Notes: generated from the letters alone by a model not told the origin. Counted from the first letter of the stretch, positions 19,510-30,230 are shown. The stretch is DNA of 64,000 bases from Thermoproteota archaeon (GCA_029258885.1 JAPDJW010000002.1:320001-384000); one strand, 5' to 3'. A program made the numbers and translations.

Positions 19510-20580
19510 CTATAAAGCGTATCTTAACACAGGATCCGGTATATAATACATGTTATTCTTCTTCGCTATAAAACCTGAGTCCATTAGATTTTGAAGTAGT
19601 CTTGATAATGCTGAGCTATATATTTTCTCTCCTGTTTTAAGTTCTAGATATCGCGTAATTTCGCTCCATGTAGCTCCATCCTTTACGGCCTTCATAATCT
19701 CTAAATATCTTCTTGAACCCCTTAGCCTGACAAAGTTATGGAGTTCTTCTAATGCCAGCTTAGAGGCTTTCTCCAAAACCTTCATTATTGTTTCATCGCT
19801 TAACCCCTCCCTTAATGCTATTAACCCAAAATAGCTTAGCCAGCCAATTATTCCATTAAGCCTATCCACCGCCTTGGCAAGTATTTCTTCATTAGGCTCT
19901 ATTCCAGCCTGTCTAAAGCCTATTCGTAGAAACTCCAGTGACTGCTCCCTAGTTAACGGCTTTAGCTCTATCTCCTCCATGTATCTCCCGTAGGGGGGAT
20001 GAAGGGTCATCGATTTTAAGGAAATTGTATAGCATGCCTATTTTAGATCCAGCGAATATGAACGATATATTGCTTAGGTTATCGTATGCATAGGATATAA
20101 TGGGTATCATATTAAATCCCTTAAGTTTAACGAACTCCTGAGCTTCATCAAATACTATCACGAGTTTTACACCTCTATCACGAGCCCAATTATTAAGGCA
20201 GTCTAATATCGAGGCAAGGGAGGGTCTTCCCTCCCTCCAATTAAACTCTATTCTAACCCCAACAACATTTACCCCAGCTACGTACCTCAGGTAGTCAGCT
20301 ATCTTTCTAAATTTAGGCATTAGCTCGCTTAACCCTCTTCTAAATTCACGTAAAAATCTCTATACGTTAGATAGCTCCTCTCCTCAAACTTCCTTGCATC
20401 AATATATATCCTAGGCATATCCCTCGTCGCTACCTTTATAAGCGAGGTCTTCCCGGTGCGTCGAAGCCCTATAATTAATGTAATGGATCTTTTAGCAATA
20501 GATTCAATTAAAGCCTTAAGCTCCTCCTCTCTATCATATAAATCCTTCGGATCCTCTATCGGTCTATCCGTGAAGAACAT
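19510..20580 (-). pseudogene. Archaeal AAA+ ATPase (ATPase_2 family with C-terminal wHTH) split into three ORFs
   Basis: DLYDREEEL, GLRRTGKTS, VFDEAQE, DPSSPL(Y)GR. Frameshifts at homopolymers near 20352-20356 and 19993-19998. Confidence 0.85.
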
Positions 20581-20724
20581 AGTACATACCTCTGTACTTA
20601 GTACATACCTATGTACTTATATATCATTTACAATCATACACCCACGATTCCGTGAAAATAGTTAAGGAAAATGCATCATGTCCAATGTGGACGCCGAGAA
20701 ATGCAACATGTCCTCGTTGTTGAC

Positions 20725-21011
20725 ATGGAAAATGTCCTCGTTGATAAGGACGCCGAGAATCTGTATATACGTGATGCTTCCAGGCTTCAGGAAGGAGGAT
20801 ATAGAGGTCTACACTAACGGCAGAATAGTTAGGGATCGAAGCTAAGGTCCCGGAGGTATTAAGGAAGTTCATAAAGTCGGAGAAGTTGGTCAGGAGGATA
20901 CCTGTAGCCTCAACAGTTGACGTGGATAAGGCTAAATCCAAGTTTAAGAATGGATTATTAATAGTAACGTTACCGAAGAAGGCTAAGGGGAAGAAGATAG
21001 CAGTCGAGTAG
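20725..21011 (+). pseudogene. Small heat-shock protein (Hsp20/alpha-crystallin) remnant
   Basis: MENVLVDKDAENLYI / VMLPGFRKEDIEV / IEAK...AKSKFKNGLLIVTLPKKAKGKKIAVE* lie in shifting frames. Confidence 0.8.
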
Positions 21012-21053
21012 AGCCGCCACCTATGGATGCAGAGTATGTATGAATAATACATA

Positions 21054-23222
21054 ATGAATAAATATCATACTTTTCTCCCCCATAATATGAGCAGGGGTAT
21101 CCTGTTACTCATAATTATATTAATTGCTACTTCCTCGATTTTCGGCTTCATACTAGTAAGGCGCTTCTTCTTGGGGGATAGGGAGGACAGGGTAGTTCAC
21201 AGCTACGTTGATGTGGTGGATGGCAATGCCAAGCTTTTCATAAACGGGAAGCCCGTGGATATTCTGGGGTTCTATGCAACAACTGAGGTTGAGGAGTATA
21301 TAGATAAGACTGCCAAGTATGATGCTCTCTTCTGCTGCGTTAGTGTAGGGTGGGTGAGCGTGGATAGGGTTTCCGTAGAGTTTATCGAGAATAACCGGCA
21401 ACTATACCTTAGAGTTAAGAAGCTGAATAGCGAGGGCAGGCTGAGGGACGCTATCAAACTTTTACCCGATTTTCCAGTTCCAAAGAATGCTGCTGAGCTT
21501 ATAGACTTCGAGCACATAGATAAGATATTGGATTATGCTGCGTCGAAGAAGGTATACATAATCTTATTCTTCAAATACTTCTTGCCTCCCTTCTGGTGGA
21601 TTAAGAACTTCCCCGACCAACTCCAGGCCAATAGCACCGGCGCATTATCCTACATGCCAGCCTTCAATTCACCAGCTTTTCTAAAGTATGCGGATCAAGT
21701 AGTTACAGCTGTAGTGAAGCGCTATAGGAACCATCCAGCCCTACTCGGGTGGGGCTTAGCGTTCGGGTGGACTAACGAGGACAATTATCCGGGAGCTAAC
21801 TACTACTCTTCCTGGGGCATGTACGACTACTCGCCCATAGCGGTAGAGAGGTTCAGGGAATGGCTTAGGGAGAAATACAGGAATAACGTTACGGCGTTAA
21901 GGGAGGCCTGGAAAAACTACACTATAACGTTCGAAAACGTAGTGCCCCCGAAGCCCCTAGATCCTCCAGCTAGTCAAGCTGAACTCATAGAGTTTATAAA
22001 TTCGCCGGGAGATGCTAGGAGGAGCTGGCTAGATTGGATGGAGTTTCGCCTAGCTGAGAAGACGAAGTGTATGCTACACTTCGCAAACCTCATTAAAAGC
22101 CTCGACCCAAACCACATTCTAGTTCAGACGCCAGCCTCTCCTCTATCGATCGTTATGGGAAACGCTTACTACCTCAGCATAGACTGCTACAGCTACGTGA
22201 AGTCCCCAATAGACGTAGTCTACGTCAACCCGGGGCTCGATGAGAAGACTGCGATGTTGATCAAGCTTGCAGGCTACGCCATCTTCCTAAAGTACTTCGA
22301 GCAGCGAGGTAAGGCGGCATTCATAAAGTGGGAGGGGAGACCTGGAGCGGACTACGATAAACATCCAGAGATGATAGAGCTCGTTGCCAGAATGGCTAGA
22401 AGGACTGGCACCGGACTGGTTATATGGGGAGGACACGTGCCTATGCCGGGGTCGGGCGAGGAACAGCCTGAATTCACCGATCAGCAGATAGAGTTATTCA
22501 TAAATACCTTTAGGTCGACCCTCGAGGGGAGGATTAATAAGTCGAGTATAGCCATAGTCGACGATCCGAGGCTATGCTTCTTCACATACTATTCGCTTCG
22601 ACCCTACAAGCGGCAGGATGCATGCCTGTTCTGGGTACTGATACGTATGGCCGGGCTGGACTGCGATATATTGACTGTGGATGAAATCAAGGAGAACCCA
22701 GACGTATTGAAGGGGTATAAGGCATTAATACTGGATAACCTGTACAGGATGGACGACGAGCTCGTTAATATACTTGTAGACTACGCTAATTCAGGCGGCG
22801 GGCTCTTCATAGTAGGCAGGACGGGAGTATACGACTGGTATGGAGGCAGAAAATTCGAGAATCTCAGGAAGCTACTAGGAATAAACTCTTCGATTAATGA
22901 GGTTAAGGTCGTCGAATACTCCTGGAGCTTCACAGACACCGACGACTTTCTTCTCGAGCAAATACACGGGAGAAAGGGTGATAAAGGAGGTCAATACAGC
23001 CTATTCTACATTCCTGTATTCGACTACGAGAAGGAGGGATATACTATCCTGGCGACGCTCGACCAAAACAGTAGCGTAGCCGTGGTGGGACGCAAGGGAA
23101 AAATAGTGTTCTGGTTCCCAAGACTTGGACTACAGCTACTAGACAAAGACTTTAATCAACTCCAGATAGTACTACAGTTCCTAAGAAACCTGTTTAGCTT
23201 CTTCAACGAAGATCAATTATGA
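21054..23222 (+). CDS. Membrane-anchored GH42-like (clan GH-A) glycoside hydrolase, beta-galactosidase-like
   Basis: RYRNHPALLGW...TNE acid/base region, FREWLREKY...LREAW, C-terminal trimerisation-like domain (YKALIL, GGGL), N-terminal TM helix. Probable start at ATG 21087. Confidence 0.8.
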   Translation: MNKYHTFLPHNMSRGILLLIIILIATSSIFGFILVRRFFLGDREDRVVHSYVDVVDGNAKLFINGKPVDILGFYATTEVEEYIDKTAKYDALFCCVSVGWVSVDRVSVEFIENNRQLYLRVKKLNSEGRLRDAIKLLPDFPVPKNAAELIDFEHIDKILDYAASKKVYIILFFKYFLPPFWWIKNFPDQLQANSTGALSYMPAFNSPAFLKYADQVVTAVVKRYRNHPALLGWGLAFGWTNEDNYPGANYYSSWGMYDYSPIAVERFREWLREKYRNNVTALREAWKNYTITFENVVPPKPLDPPASQAELIEFINSPGDARRSWLDWMEFRLAEKTKCMLHFANLIKSLDPNHILVQTPASPLSIVMGNAYYLSIDCYSYVKSPIDVVYVNPGLDEKTAMLIKLAGYAIFLKYFEQRGKAAFIKWEGRPGADYDKHPEMIELVARMARRTGTGLVIWGGHVPMPGSGEEQPEFTDQQIELFINTFRSTLEGRINKSSIAIVDDPRLCFFTYYSLRPYKRQDACLFWVLIRMAGLDCDILTVDEIKENPDVLKGYKALILDNLYRMDDELVNILVDYANSGGGLFIVGRTGVYDWYGGRKFENLRKLLGINSSINEVKVVEYSWSFTDTDDFLLEQIHGRKGDKGGQYSLFYIPVFDYEKEGYTILATLDQNSSVAVVGRKGKIVFWFPRLGLQLLDKDFNQLQIVLQFLRNLFSFFNEDQL

Positions 23223-23271
23223 GTTTTATCGCTGTGGAGAACATTTATTACATAAGATACTCATTAGAAGG

Positions 23272-23332
23272 AACGATGATGATCAGTATTTAGGTCCGAA
23301 TAATCATGAGGATGAGCCTGAGTACTGAATCA
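23272..23332 (+). ncRNA. Candidate box C/D methylation-guide sRNA
   Basis: C box ATGATGA (23276), 13-nt guide, D' CCGA, C' ATGAGGA, 12-nt guide, D box CTGA (23325). Intergenic, with TATA-like TTTATTA about 30 nt upstream. Confidence 0.55.
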
Positions 23333-23890
23333 TCAAGATTTCAAGAAGCATTGTTTTACACATATAAGGTGGCATTTTATAGATTTGAATAATCAGACCC
23401 AAAGTCTATTACTCTATGGATTAGCTAAGGTTTGTTTTATAGTTTAGCGAGCCTATTACATTGCCTGCCGTTATAGGGGTTTCGCTGATAAAAATGTAGG
23501 CTTTTTCTTTATTTTTCCGCATTTGTGGGGATTAGGAACAGTATTAGTAAGTACTCGTCTACGATAAAGCACTCAGTATATATAGAGTGTGGAATGCTGT
23601 GTAAGGTGATACAAAGTAAATTAGAAGAGTAATGCTAGCGAGAAAGGTCCACAGAGAGTATTTATCAGCGGCCATAAACAGGTAAAATTCGAGTTGTAGC
23701 TCCAGTATATTTTGTGAAAGTAAACATTTTCAGTAAATAAGAGTTTATGCAATACTTGATATCTGCTTTCCTTAAAATCCCTACTATATAGGTGTTAATG
23801 AAAAGCTTCTTAGCATAAAATGTCAGGCCGGAAACCTTTTCTTCATATTTCTGCGCTGCAATGGCTCATCATTCACTGTAAAGGTTATCA

Positions 23891-24373
23891 ATGCAATATA
23901 TATCCGTTGTGTTAGATAGTTATATGGTGGTGGGTGTGTCCATTAAGGTCTACTATGCAGCCGCCATGTTAGGCGATAGAAGCAATTTTGAGGATAATGT
24001 CAAGATAGTTAAGATGCTTGAGGAGAAGGGGTTTAAAATTCTAACCAAGCACGTTGTCGAGGAGGTTTTAGATATTGAGAAGGGGCTTACGGTTGAGGAG
24101 GTGTTTGAAAGGGATATTAGGCTTCTGAACGAGGCTGACGTATTGATAGCTGATGTATCCTATCCAAGCCTAGGAGTCGGGTTCGAGGTAGCCTATGCTC
24201 TGCTTAAGGGTAAAAGGGTCTACGCTATCTGTAGGAGTGATAGGTATGAGAGGACTTCAGCACTTATAAGAGGTATAAGGTGGAGCAACTTTAAGCTGAT
24301 AACCTACAGTAGCCCCGAGGAGGCCGTAGATAAACTTATGGAAGCTATTCAAAGAGATTTCAGCAGGCTATAG
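23891..24373 (+). CDS. Nucleoside 2-deoxyribosyltransferase / deoxynucleoside monophosphate N-hydrolase (DNPH1-like)
   Basis: KVYYAAAM, VFERDIRLLNEADVLIADVSYPSLGVGFE and SALIRG motifs. Confidence 0.88.
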   Translation: MQYISVVLDSYMVVGVSIKVYYAAAMLGDRSNFEDNVKIVKMLEEKGFKILTKHVVEEVLDIEKGLTVEEVFERDIRLLNEADVLIADVSYPSLGVGFEVAYALLKGKRVYAICRSDRYERTSALIRGIRWSNFKLITYSSPEEAVDKLMEAIQRDFSRL

Positions 24374-24907
24374 CTGTAGGAAGTTCACGATAATTTCCTC
24401 GTTTAATACTTCCGGATGGAAGGATACTCCATAGAACTCCCTGCCAACAACCTTAAAGATGCATGCTTCATCATCCTGTAGTGCGATGAGCTCCATATAC
24501 CTGTTTAATTTCCTTAATGCATAGATATGTAGAAAGTATGCCTGAAAGCTATCGCTATGAACTAGCGGATTCTCCCTAACAGTTTTAACCGGATAAACCC
24601 CTATCTTCCTGATGTTCTCCAGCATACCGCCGTAGAGCTTAGCTAAAATCCGATATCCAGCGCAGATTCCGAGCACCTTACCATCATATCCGGTTAATAT
24701 CCTAAAGTTGTCGACATAGTTTAGGTAGTCGGAATCCATTAGCGCTGTGCCGCAGATTATTACTCCAGAATACCCGTTAAATCTAAGTTTCTCATAGTAT
24801 CTCCTTATCTCATAGCTAATCCCGAGTTTTTCCATAATCGACGTAATTGGCTTAACGAACTCCTCCTCGCTGAAGCGGTGCCTACAGCACGAAACAACTA
24901 GAATCAT
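24368..24907 (-). CDS. Class I glutamine amidotransferase (GMP synthase A subunit-like)
   Basis: VLGICAG nucleophile elbow and YGVSFHPE. Confidence 0.85.
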   Translation of the reverse strand: MILVVSCCRHRFSEEEFVKPITSIMEKLGISYEIRRYYEKLRFNGYSGVIICGTALMDSDYLNYVDNFRILTGYDGKVLGICAGYRILAKLYGGMLENIRKIGVYPVKTVRENPLVHSDSFQAYFLHIYALRKLNRYMELIALQDDEACIFKVVGREFYGVSFHPEVLNEEIIVNFLQL

Positions 24908-25578
24908 TTCTCAATCAACTCCGCTCTCCTAACTATTAGGGTGGCATCGTAGTCCTCTCCAACTACATCGTAGTCCAGAATCTTTATTCTCCTCCTAAAC
25001 AGCGGCATATCCAGCACAAGCGTCTCATACTCACCGCCTTCACCCGATGGATTCACAAAACGTCTAATACGCTCGAAAAACCCTATAATGTCGTGGTCAA
25101 GCCTCCTGCCAAGCAAGGATTTCCTCAAGGGATATCCCGCCACCCTAGTGAATATTACTTCAAAGCCGAGCTCCAAGACCTCCCTTAAAAGGGATATCTC
25201 ATCCTTCAGCCATAGAGGATTAAAACACCAAAGCTTTAAATCCCAGCAAACACGCTGAAACCTCGAGGCCTGGTAAGTCGATCTAATAGCACCAGTAACA
25301 ACGCCCTCAACGCCATATTTCTCCCTAGCCTTCTTCAGGACATAACGTAAAGCTTCAATGCTACCAGCTTCATCATCGGGGGTATCCTCCATAACCAAGG
25401 GTATATTCAGTGCCTCAGCCTGAAGCTTAACTAAATTAACGTTAGGGTAATGGAAGAGAAAGCTCTCCTCAGACCTAGGGATAAGTGTAACTAGACAGAC
25501 AACCTTAAATTCCTGATAGGCTTTGTATAGCGCTAAATTAGAGTCCTTTCCACCAGAGTACAGCACGCACACCCTCAT
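24904..25578 (-). CDS. dph6: Diphthine--ammonia ligase (PP-loop)
   Basis: LYSGGKDS, GAIRSTYQ, FNPLW and GEGGEYETLVLD motifs. Confidence 0.9.
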   Translation of the reverse strand: MRVCVLYSGGKDSNLALYKAYQEFKVVCLVTLIPRSEESFLFHYPNVNLVKLQAEALNIPLVMEDTPDDEAGSIEALRYVLKKAREKYGVEGVVTGAIRSTYQASRFQRVCWDLKLWCFNPLWLKDEISLLREVLELGFEVIFTRVAGYPLRKSLLGRRLDHDIIGFFERIRRFVNPSGEGGEYETLVLDMPLFRRRIKILDYDVVGEDYDATLIVRRAELIEK

Positions 25579-25869
25579 CTACTACACCACATACACTTCA
25601 TAGAAACTGGAAACGTGTATGCTGGAACTATAGCTATATTTCCCCCTCTAATGTACTCAAGTTTTTCTATAGACGCAGGAATTTTACTCCTTAACCCACT
25701 ATTAACATGGCCTTTTATATTAAGCATACCAGTCAGACTTACATGTGATACCACTATTTCCTCCACCGAAGATTCTGTAAATTTAATGTGAAATATTCCT
25801 CGACAATATAATGTCAAAAGGATATAAATAGCTCTTGACATTGAGCCATCAAGGCTCACGCTTCCTCTC

Positions 25870-26967
25870 ATGCTAGGGAACATCCCCCGGATAAAATATC
25901 TTAATTACCCTATTTTAAATAATGTAGAACCTATGAGTGGTATCATGAAGATGAAATTTCTAGTTATTGGATGTGGATTTATAGGGCGAATATACCTCGA
26001 TGCTTTAACACGAATTGATGATGCTGAAGCCGTGGCGGTAGTAGATACTGATTTGGATAAGGTAAAAAGCGTAGCTAAACGCTATAATATACCAAAATAC
26101 TTTACGGATTGGAGGGATGCATTAGAATTAGACGTGGATGTAGCCGCAGTCTGTGTTCCAGTAAAATATCATAAGGAAATTACGTTGGAGGCATTGAAGA
26201 GGGGCATAAATGTTCTATGTGAAAAGCCTCCAGCATTAAACAGCAGTGAAGCAGTTGAAATGATGAATGCAGCTACAAAATACAGGCGTATACTAATGTA
26301 TGGATTCCAGTGGAGGTTCATTGAGAGGTGTATATACGCTAAAAGGCTCATAGAATCAGGCGTTCTCGGGAAGATATACAAGGTGAGGATCCACTACCTC
26401 AGGAAGGAGGGTTTTCCATCGTGGTCGGGGAGCTGGCTTTTCAGGAAGGAGCTTGCTGGAGGAGGAATACTCATAGACTGTGGAGTACACTTCATAGATT
26501 TAATATATTGGCTATTAGGTAGACCTAAGCCTAAGGCCGTTTTCGGAGTCCAGCACGACTACCTTGGCAGAAATATTGAGGGCTTTGACGTGGAGGATAC
26601 GTATAGCGGGGTAGTAGTGTTCGAGGACGATGTATGTGTGTCGATGGAGTATTCATGGAGCCAGATATGGCACGAGGAATTTACGCTGAACATCTACGGC
26701 ACGAGAGGTAGCATCCGCCTATTCCCCGAGGTCGAGCTAGTGAGGAAGGAGGATGAAACCTACCTCAAGATTATTCCGGAGCTGAAGGAGCCTGAAGACT
26801 ACTGGCTTGAAGCAAACTATCAGAAAATTAGACACATGGTAGGTCTCCTAAAGACGGGGGAATATCAGGATATAACTCCAAATCCTGAAGATGGTGTAGA
26901 GGTTATGAGAATTATCGACGGATTATATGAATCATCCAGGAAGCTAGTCTCAGTTAAGCTCAGCTAA
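25870..26967 (+). CDS. Gfo/Idh/MocA-family oxidoreductase (start probably near 25945)
   Basis: IGCGFIG, VLCEKP and GGGILIDCGVHFID motifs. Confidence 0.93.
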   Translation: MLGNIPRIKYLNYPILNNVEPMSGIMKMKFLVIGCGFIGRIYLDALTRIDDAEAVAVVDTDLDKVKSVAKRYNIPKYFTDWRDALELDVDVAAVCVPVKYHKEITLEALKRGINVLCEKPPALNSSEAVEMMNAATKYRRILMYGFQWRFIERCIYAKRLIESGVLGKIYKVRIHYLRKEGFPSWSGSWLFRKELAGGGILIDCGVHFIDLIYWLLGRPKPKAVFGVQHDYLGRNIEGFDVEDTYSGVVVFEDDVCVSMEYSWSQIWHEEFTLNIYGTRGSIRLFPEVELVRKEDETYLKIIPELKEPEDYWLEANYQKIRHMVGLLKTGEYQDITPNPEDGVEVMRIIDGLYESSRKLVSVKLS

Positions 26968-28151
26968 TCCGTGGGCCTATAGCCTCTAGTTGAATAGATG
27001 AACAGTGGTATGGAGGCGAATACTAGTAGCGAGGATGTTAGATAGGGTAAGCCAGCGTGTATTGTAGCTAGATACCCAGCTATTGCTGGACACGTTATCC
27101 CTATTAGTCCGTTTACGGCGGATAAACCTCCAAGGAGAGTCCCCTTGATATCCTCCGGTATCGTTGAAAAAAGTATGCTTCTAAAGAATGGAATGTATAT
27201 ACTGTTCCCGACCGAGAAGAGTATTGATGACAGAAAAGCTAGGGCTACGCTGTTGGATAGATAAAGCATCATGTATGCTGTTCCGAATAAAGCTAGACTA
27301 AGGATGACGAGTCTTCTCCCGTGCTTCTTCTTAGCCTTAAATAGTGCCAGTGTACATATAATTACGGTTAATGAGCCTATACACTCGTATACTCCTATTT
27401 CAAATAGTCCTCCGCCGATATGCTTCATAAATAGGTTTACGAGCGTGAAGATAGGCGCTAGAGATAGCGAGAACGTAAATAATATCGCTGTCAGCGAGAC
27501 CATAATGAATCTCCTCGGAATACTTATGGGGCCTTCCTCCTCTTCAAACACTACTTTCTCTCCTATTTTAGGTAGCCAGAGGAGCGGTGTAGCAGATAGG
27601 AGGATGAAGGCGGCTGAGAATAGGATGAGTGTATGCATTAACGTGTTAACCTCCATCCTGCTGACGATGTATCCTAGTATTGGATAGCCTATAGCCGATG
27701 ATGTAAACGGCAGCAGATTATGGTATAGGAAGGCTTTTTCCCTAATATCCTCTGGATACGCTGAATACTCGTACACGGAGTATGCTGGGTAGAATGCGCT
27801 TGAAAGCTCTCCTACAATCGATGCGATAAGCAGTAGATCCAGCCTTAGATACAGTAATCCAAGGTAATATAGCAGGGTTTCAAGCCCCTCCGTCATAAGG
27901 TCTAGAGCTATGATAATGTTTGGGCTCTTTCTATCCAGTATTCTTCCGATAGGCGCCTTAAGAATAGAGCCCGCGGCTGAGCTCAAGGTATAGATTAAAC
28001 CTATCTCAAATACTGAAATATTTCTCGCTATCATCAAATATGGAATTATGTACCATTCGAAGAGCACGGGGGATATAATGCAATGCATAAGTATGTATCT
28101 CCTAGCGGCCTGCGGCAGCTTCTCCCATTCGCCGAAGAACATTGGGAACAC
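26964..28151 (-). CDS. MFS transporter
   Basis: About 12 hydrophobic segments, GRILDRKS loop motif, IPEDIKGTLLG. Confidence 0.85.
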   Translation of the reverse strand: MFPMFFGEWEKLPQAARRYILMHCIISPVLFEWYIIPYLMIARNISVFEIGLIYTLSSAAGSILKAPIGRILDRKSPNIIIALDLMTEGLETLLYYLGLLYLRLDLLLIASIVGELSSAFYPAYSVYEYSAYPEDIREKAFLYHNLLPFTSSAIGYPILGYIVSRMEVNTLMHTLILFSAAFILLSATPLLWLPKIGEKVVFEEEEGPISIPRRFIMVSLTAILFTFSLSLAPIFTLVNLFMKHIGGGLFEIGVYECIGSLTVIICTLALFKAKKKHGRRLVILSLALFGTAYMMLYLSNSVALAFLSSILFSVGNSIYIPFFRSILFSTIPEDIKGTLLGGLSAVNGLIGITCPAIAGYLATIHAGLPYLTSSLLVFASIPLFIYSTRGYRPTD

Positions 28152-28179
28152 CTATATAGTTTAGGAGATATTATAGTTT

Positions 28180-29493
28180 ATGCCTGAAGTTAAATATAGG
28201 CTGTATCGAGATGGTGATGAAGTAGGAATAGTAGATGTTATTAATAAATGCTTTAGCTCGTTTAATGGTTGGGGATTAACTGCCGATAAGTGGCTTGAAT
28301 ACGAGAAACTGGATTACGCATTTAGGAAGGATATGGCTTTAGTAGCTGAGTATAATGGCAGAGTAGTGGGGCATGTACAGCTTATTTTAAGAAAGCTTAA
28401 AATGGGCACCTGGAAGTACCTGTTGAACGGTGGGATAGCGAACGTATCTACGGATCCAGAGTTTAGGAGGCGGGGGATAGCTACAAACCTCATGAGGCTT
28501 GCTATTAAGGTCTGTAGGGAAAGGGGTATACCTCTATCCGGACTTTTTACTGGCTATCCGGGGACGGCTCATAGGGTCTATAGGAGGGTTGGATACGCCA
28601 ATACGTATTTCATGTTCACGTTTATAGCGGAGCTTGATGAGATCGATGAAGTGAAGGATGTATACCCAGTAGTTGAGGGCATTAAGATAGAGGAAATAGA
28701 GCCCAACGACGTCAATAGGCTCGATGAGCTTTATAGAAGCCTACATGAGGGGTGTGCTGGAGTAGCACTTAGAACTAGAAGCTACTGGCTCAATAAGATA
28801 CTGGGAGATAAAGTTTCCTTCCACACATTCTTCTACGATAATCCTGAGGCCTATATCCGAGTGAAGGCTATGTTGGGGAATAGAATAGTTGGATACGCGT
28901 TGGCGTTCCTACCCTATAAGGCCAGGTATACGTATGATCCTAAGGATAGGGGCATAATACTTGAGATACTTGGGGAGAACAGCGGAATAGTGGGGTCTCT
29001 AGCTCTGCACCTATTCAAAGCGTTTAGGGAGCACGGGTTAAAAACGGTCTCAGGAAGTTTCCCCGCTGCGGATCCGTATTTGAATGTCTTTGAGGGATTT
29101 AACGTATTCAGGTGCGGAGGAATATATATGGAGGCACTGCCTAGGCTTGATGTATACCTTAGGGAGATGAGCGAGGAGTTTTCATCAAGGCTAGAGGATA
29201 ACGGCGTTAAGCTAGACGCTAAGATCCTCTTTACTTCAAAGCATGCGGAGGCTGGCATAAGGATCCGTGGCCACCAGGTAGAATTATATGATGGAAACAA
29301 ATATGACGTAGTGGTTCGTGTCGACTGGGACGGCCTAACTAGGATGATATATGGTATTGAGGGATTTATTGACCTCTACTCAAGCGGATATATTTCGGTG
29401 GAATCTAAGTTTGATCCAAGAAAAGTTTTAACGGCGCTAGCTACAATGTTTCCATTGAGGGTGTTCCATATATGGAGGATAGACCACTGGTAA
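28180..29493 (+). CDS. Eis-like GNAT N-acetyltransferase with an SCP2-like C-terminus
   Basis: VSTDPEFRRRGIATNLM acetyl-CoA motif, YRRVGY, duplicated GNAT layout. Confidence 0.8.
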   Translation: MPEVKYRLYRDGDEVGIVDVINKCFSSFNGWGLTADKWLEYEKLDYAFRKDMALVAEYNGRVVGHVQLILRKLKMGTWKYLLNGGIANVSTDPEFRRRGIATNLMRLAIKVCRERGIPLSGLFTGYPGTAHRVYRRVGYANTYFMFTFIAELDEIDEVKDVYPVVEGIKIEEIEPNDVNRLDELYRSLHEGCAGVALRTRSYWLNKILGDKVSFHTFFYDNPEAYIRVKAMLGNRIVGYALAFLPYKARYTYDPKDRGIILEILGENSGIVGSLALHLFKAFREHGLKTVSGSFPAADPYLNVFEGFNVFRCGGIYMEALPRLDVYLREMSEEFSSRLEDNGVKLDAKILFTSKHAEAGIRIRGHQVELYDGNKYDVVVRVDWDGLTRMIYGIEGFIDLYSSGYISVESKFDPRKVLTALATMFPLRVFHIWRIDHW

Positions 29494-30230
29494 AGCCTCT
29501 GGAGTTGGCTAAGATCTCCTACGTTGATGCCCGGAAGTACTTTGGAGAAATGGATGTAGTGCTTCTTCCAATAGGCTCCACTGAGCAGCATGGCCCACAT
29601 AATCCTCTGGGTACCGACCACATAATTGCCTACGAGCTAGCTAAGGAGGCATCAAGGAGAACGGGCGTTATGGTGCTTCCAGTAATACCGTATGGTATGA
29701 GCGAACATCACATGCATTTCCCCGGGACAGTATCGGTCAGTCCCGATGCATTGAAACTGTATGTTAAGGAGGTATGTTTGTCTCTTAAGAGGCATGGAGT
29801 TAGGAAGATTGTTATCGTAAATGGACACGGTGGAAACCTTAACCCACTGTTAGACCTAGCTCGGGAGCTAAGGAGGGATCACGGCATGCTCATCTTCATC
29901 TTCCAGTGGTGGACTGCTATAAGCGATAAACTCACAAACATATACACTGCCAAGGAGAGGGGGCATGCAGCAGCTGAGGAGACTTCAATGATAATGTATA
30001 TAGATGAAGACCTTGTTAATAGGGAGCGAATGGTCGATGAAGAAGTTAGAGATCCTCTTAGCGGGGCTAGAGCCTACTTCCCCGGATACACCGACGACTA
30101 CACTAAAAGTGGAGTTTTTGGAGTTGCTAAAACTGCCTCCAGAGAGAAGGGAGAGCTTTCCTTTGAGGAATCAGTCAGAGAACTTGTGAAACTTATAGAT
30201 AAGGTCCGCGAAGTTAAGATAATAGAGTAA
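29472..30230 (+). CDS. Creatininase-family amidohydrolase
   Basis: LPIGSTEQHGPHNPLGTD, SEHHMHFPGT, NGHGGN and HAAAEETS motifs. Confidence 0.93.
   Translation: MEDRPLVKPLELAKISYVDARKYFGEMDVVLLPIGSTEQHGPHNPLGTDHIIAYELAKEASRRTGVMVLPVIPYGMSEHHMHFPGTVSVSPDALKLYVKEVCLSLKRHGVRKIVIVNGHGGNLNPLLDLARELRRDHGMLIFIFQWWTAISDKLTNIYTAKERGHAAAEETSMIMYIDEDLVNRERMVDEEVRDPLSGARAYFPGYTDDYTKSGVFGVAKTASREKGELSFEESVRELVKLIDKVREVKIIE

Noticed and set aside
20624-21052. 142-aa minus-strand ORF
   Set aside because: Antisense shadow of the Hsp20 remnant.
25575-25883. 102-aa minus-strand ORF between dph6 and the oxidoreductase
   Set aside because: Covers the divergent promoter region and shows no family signal.
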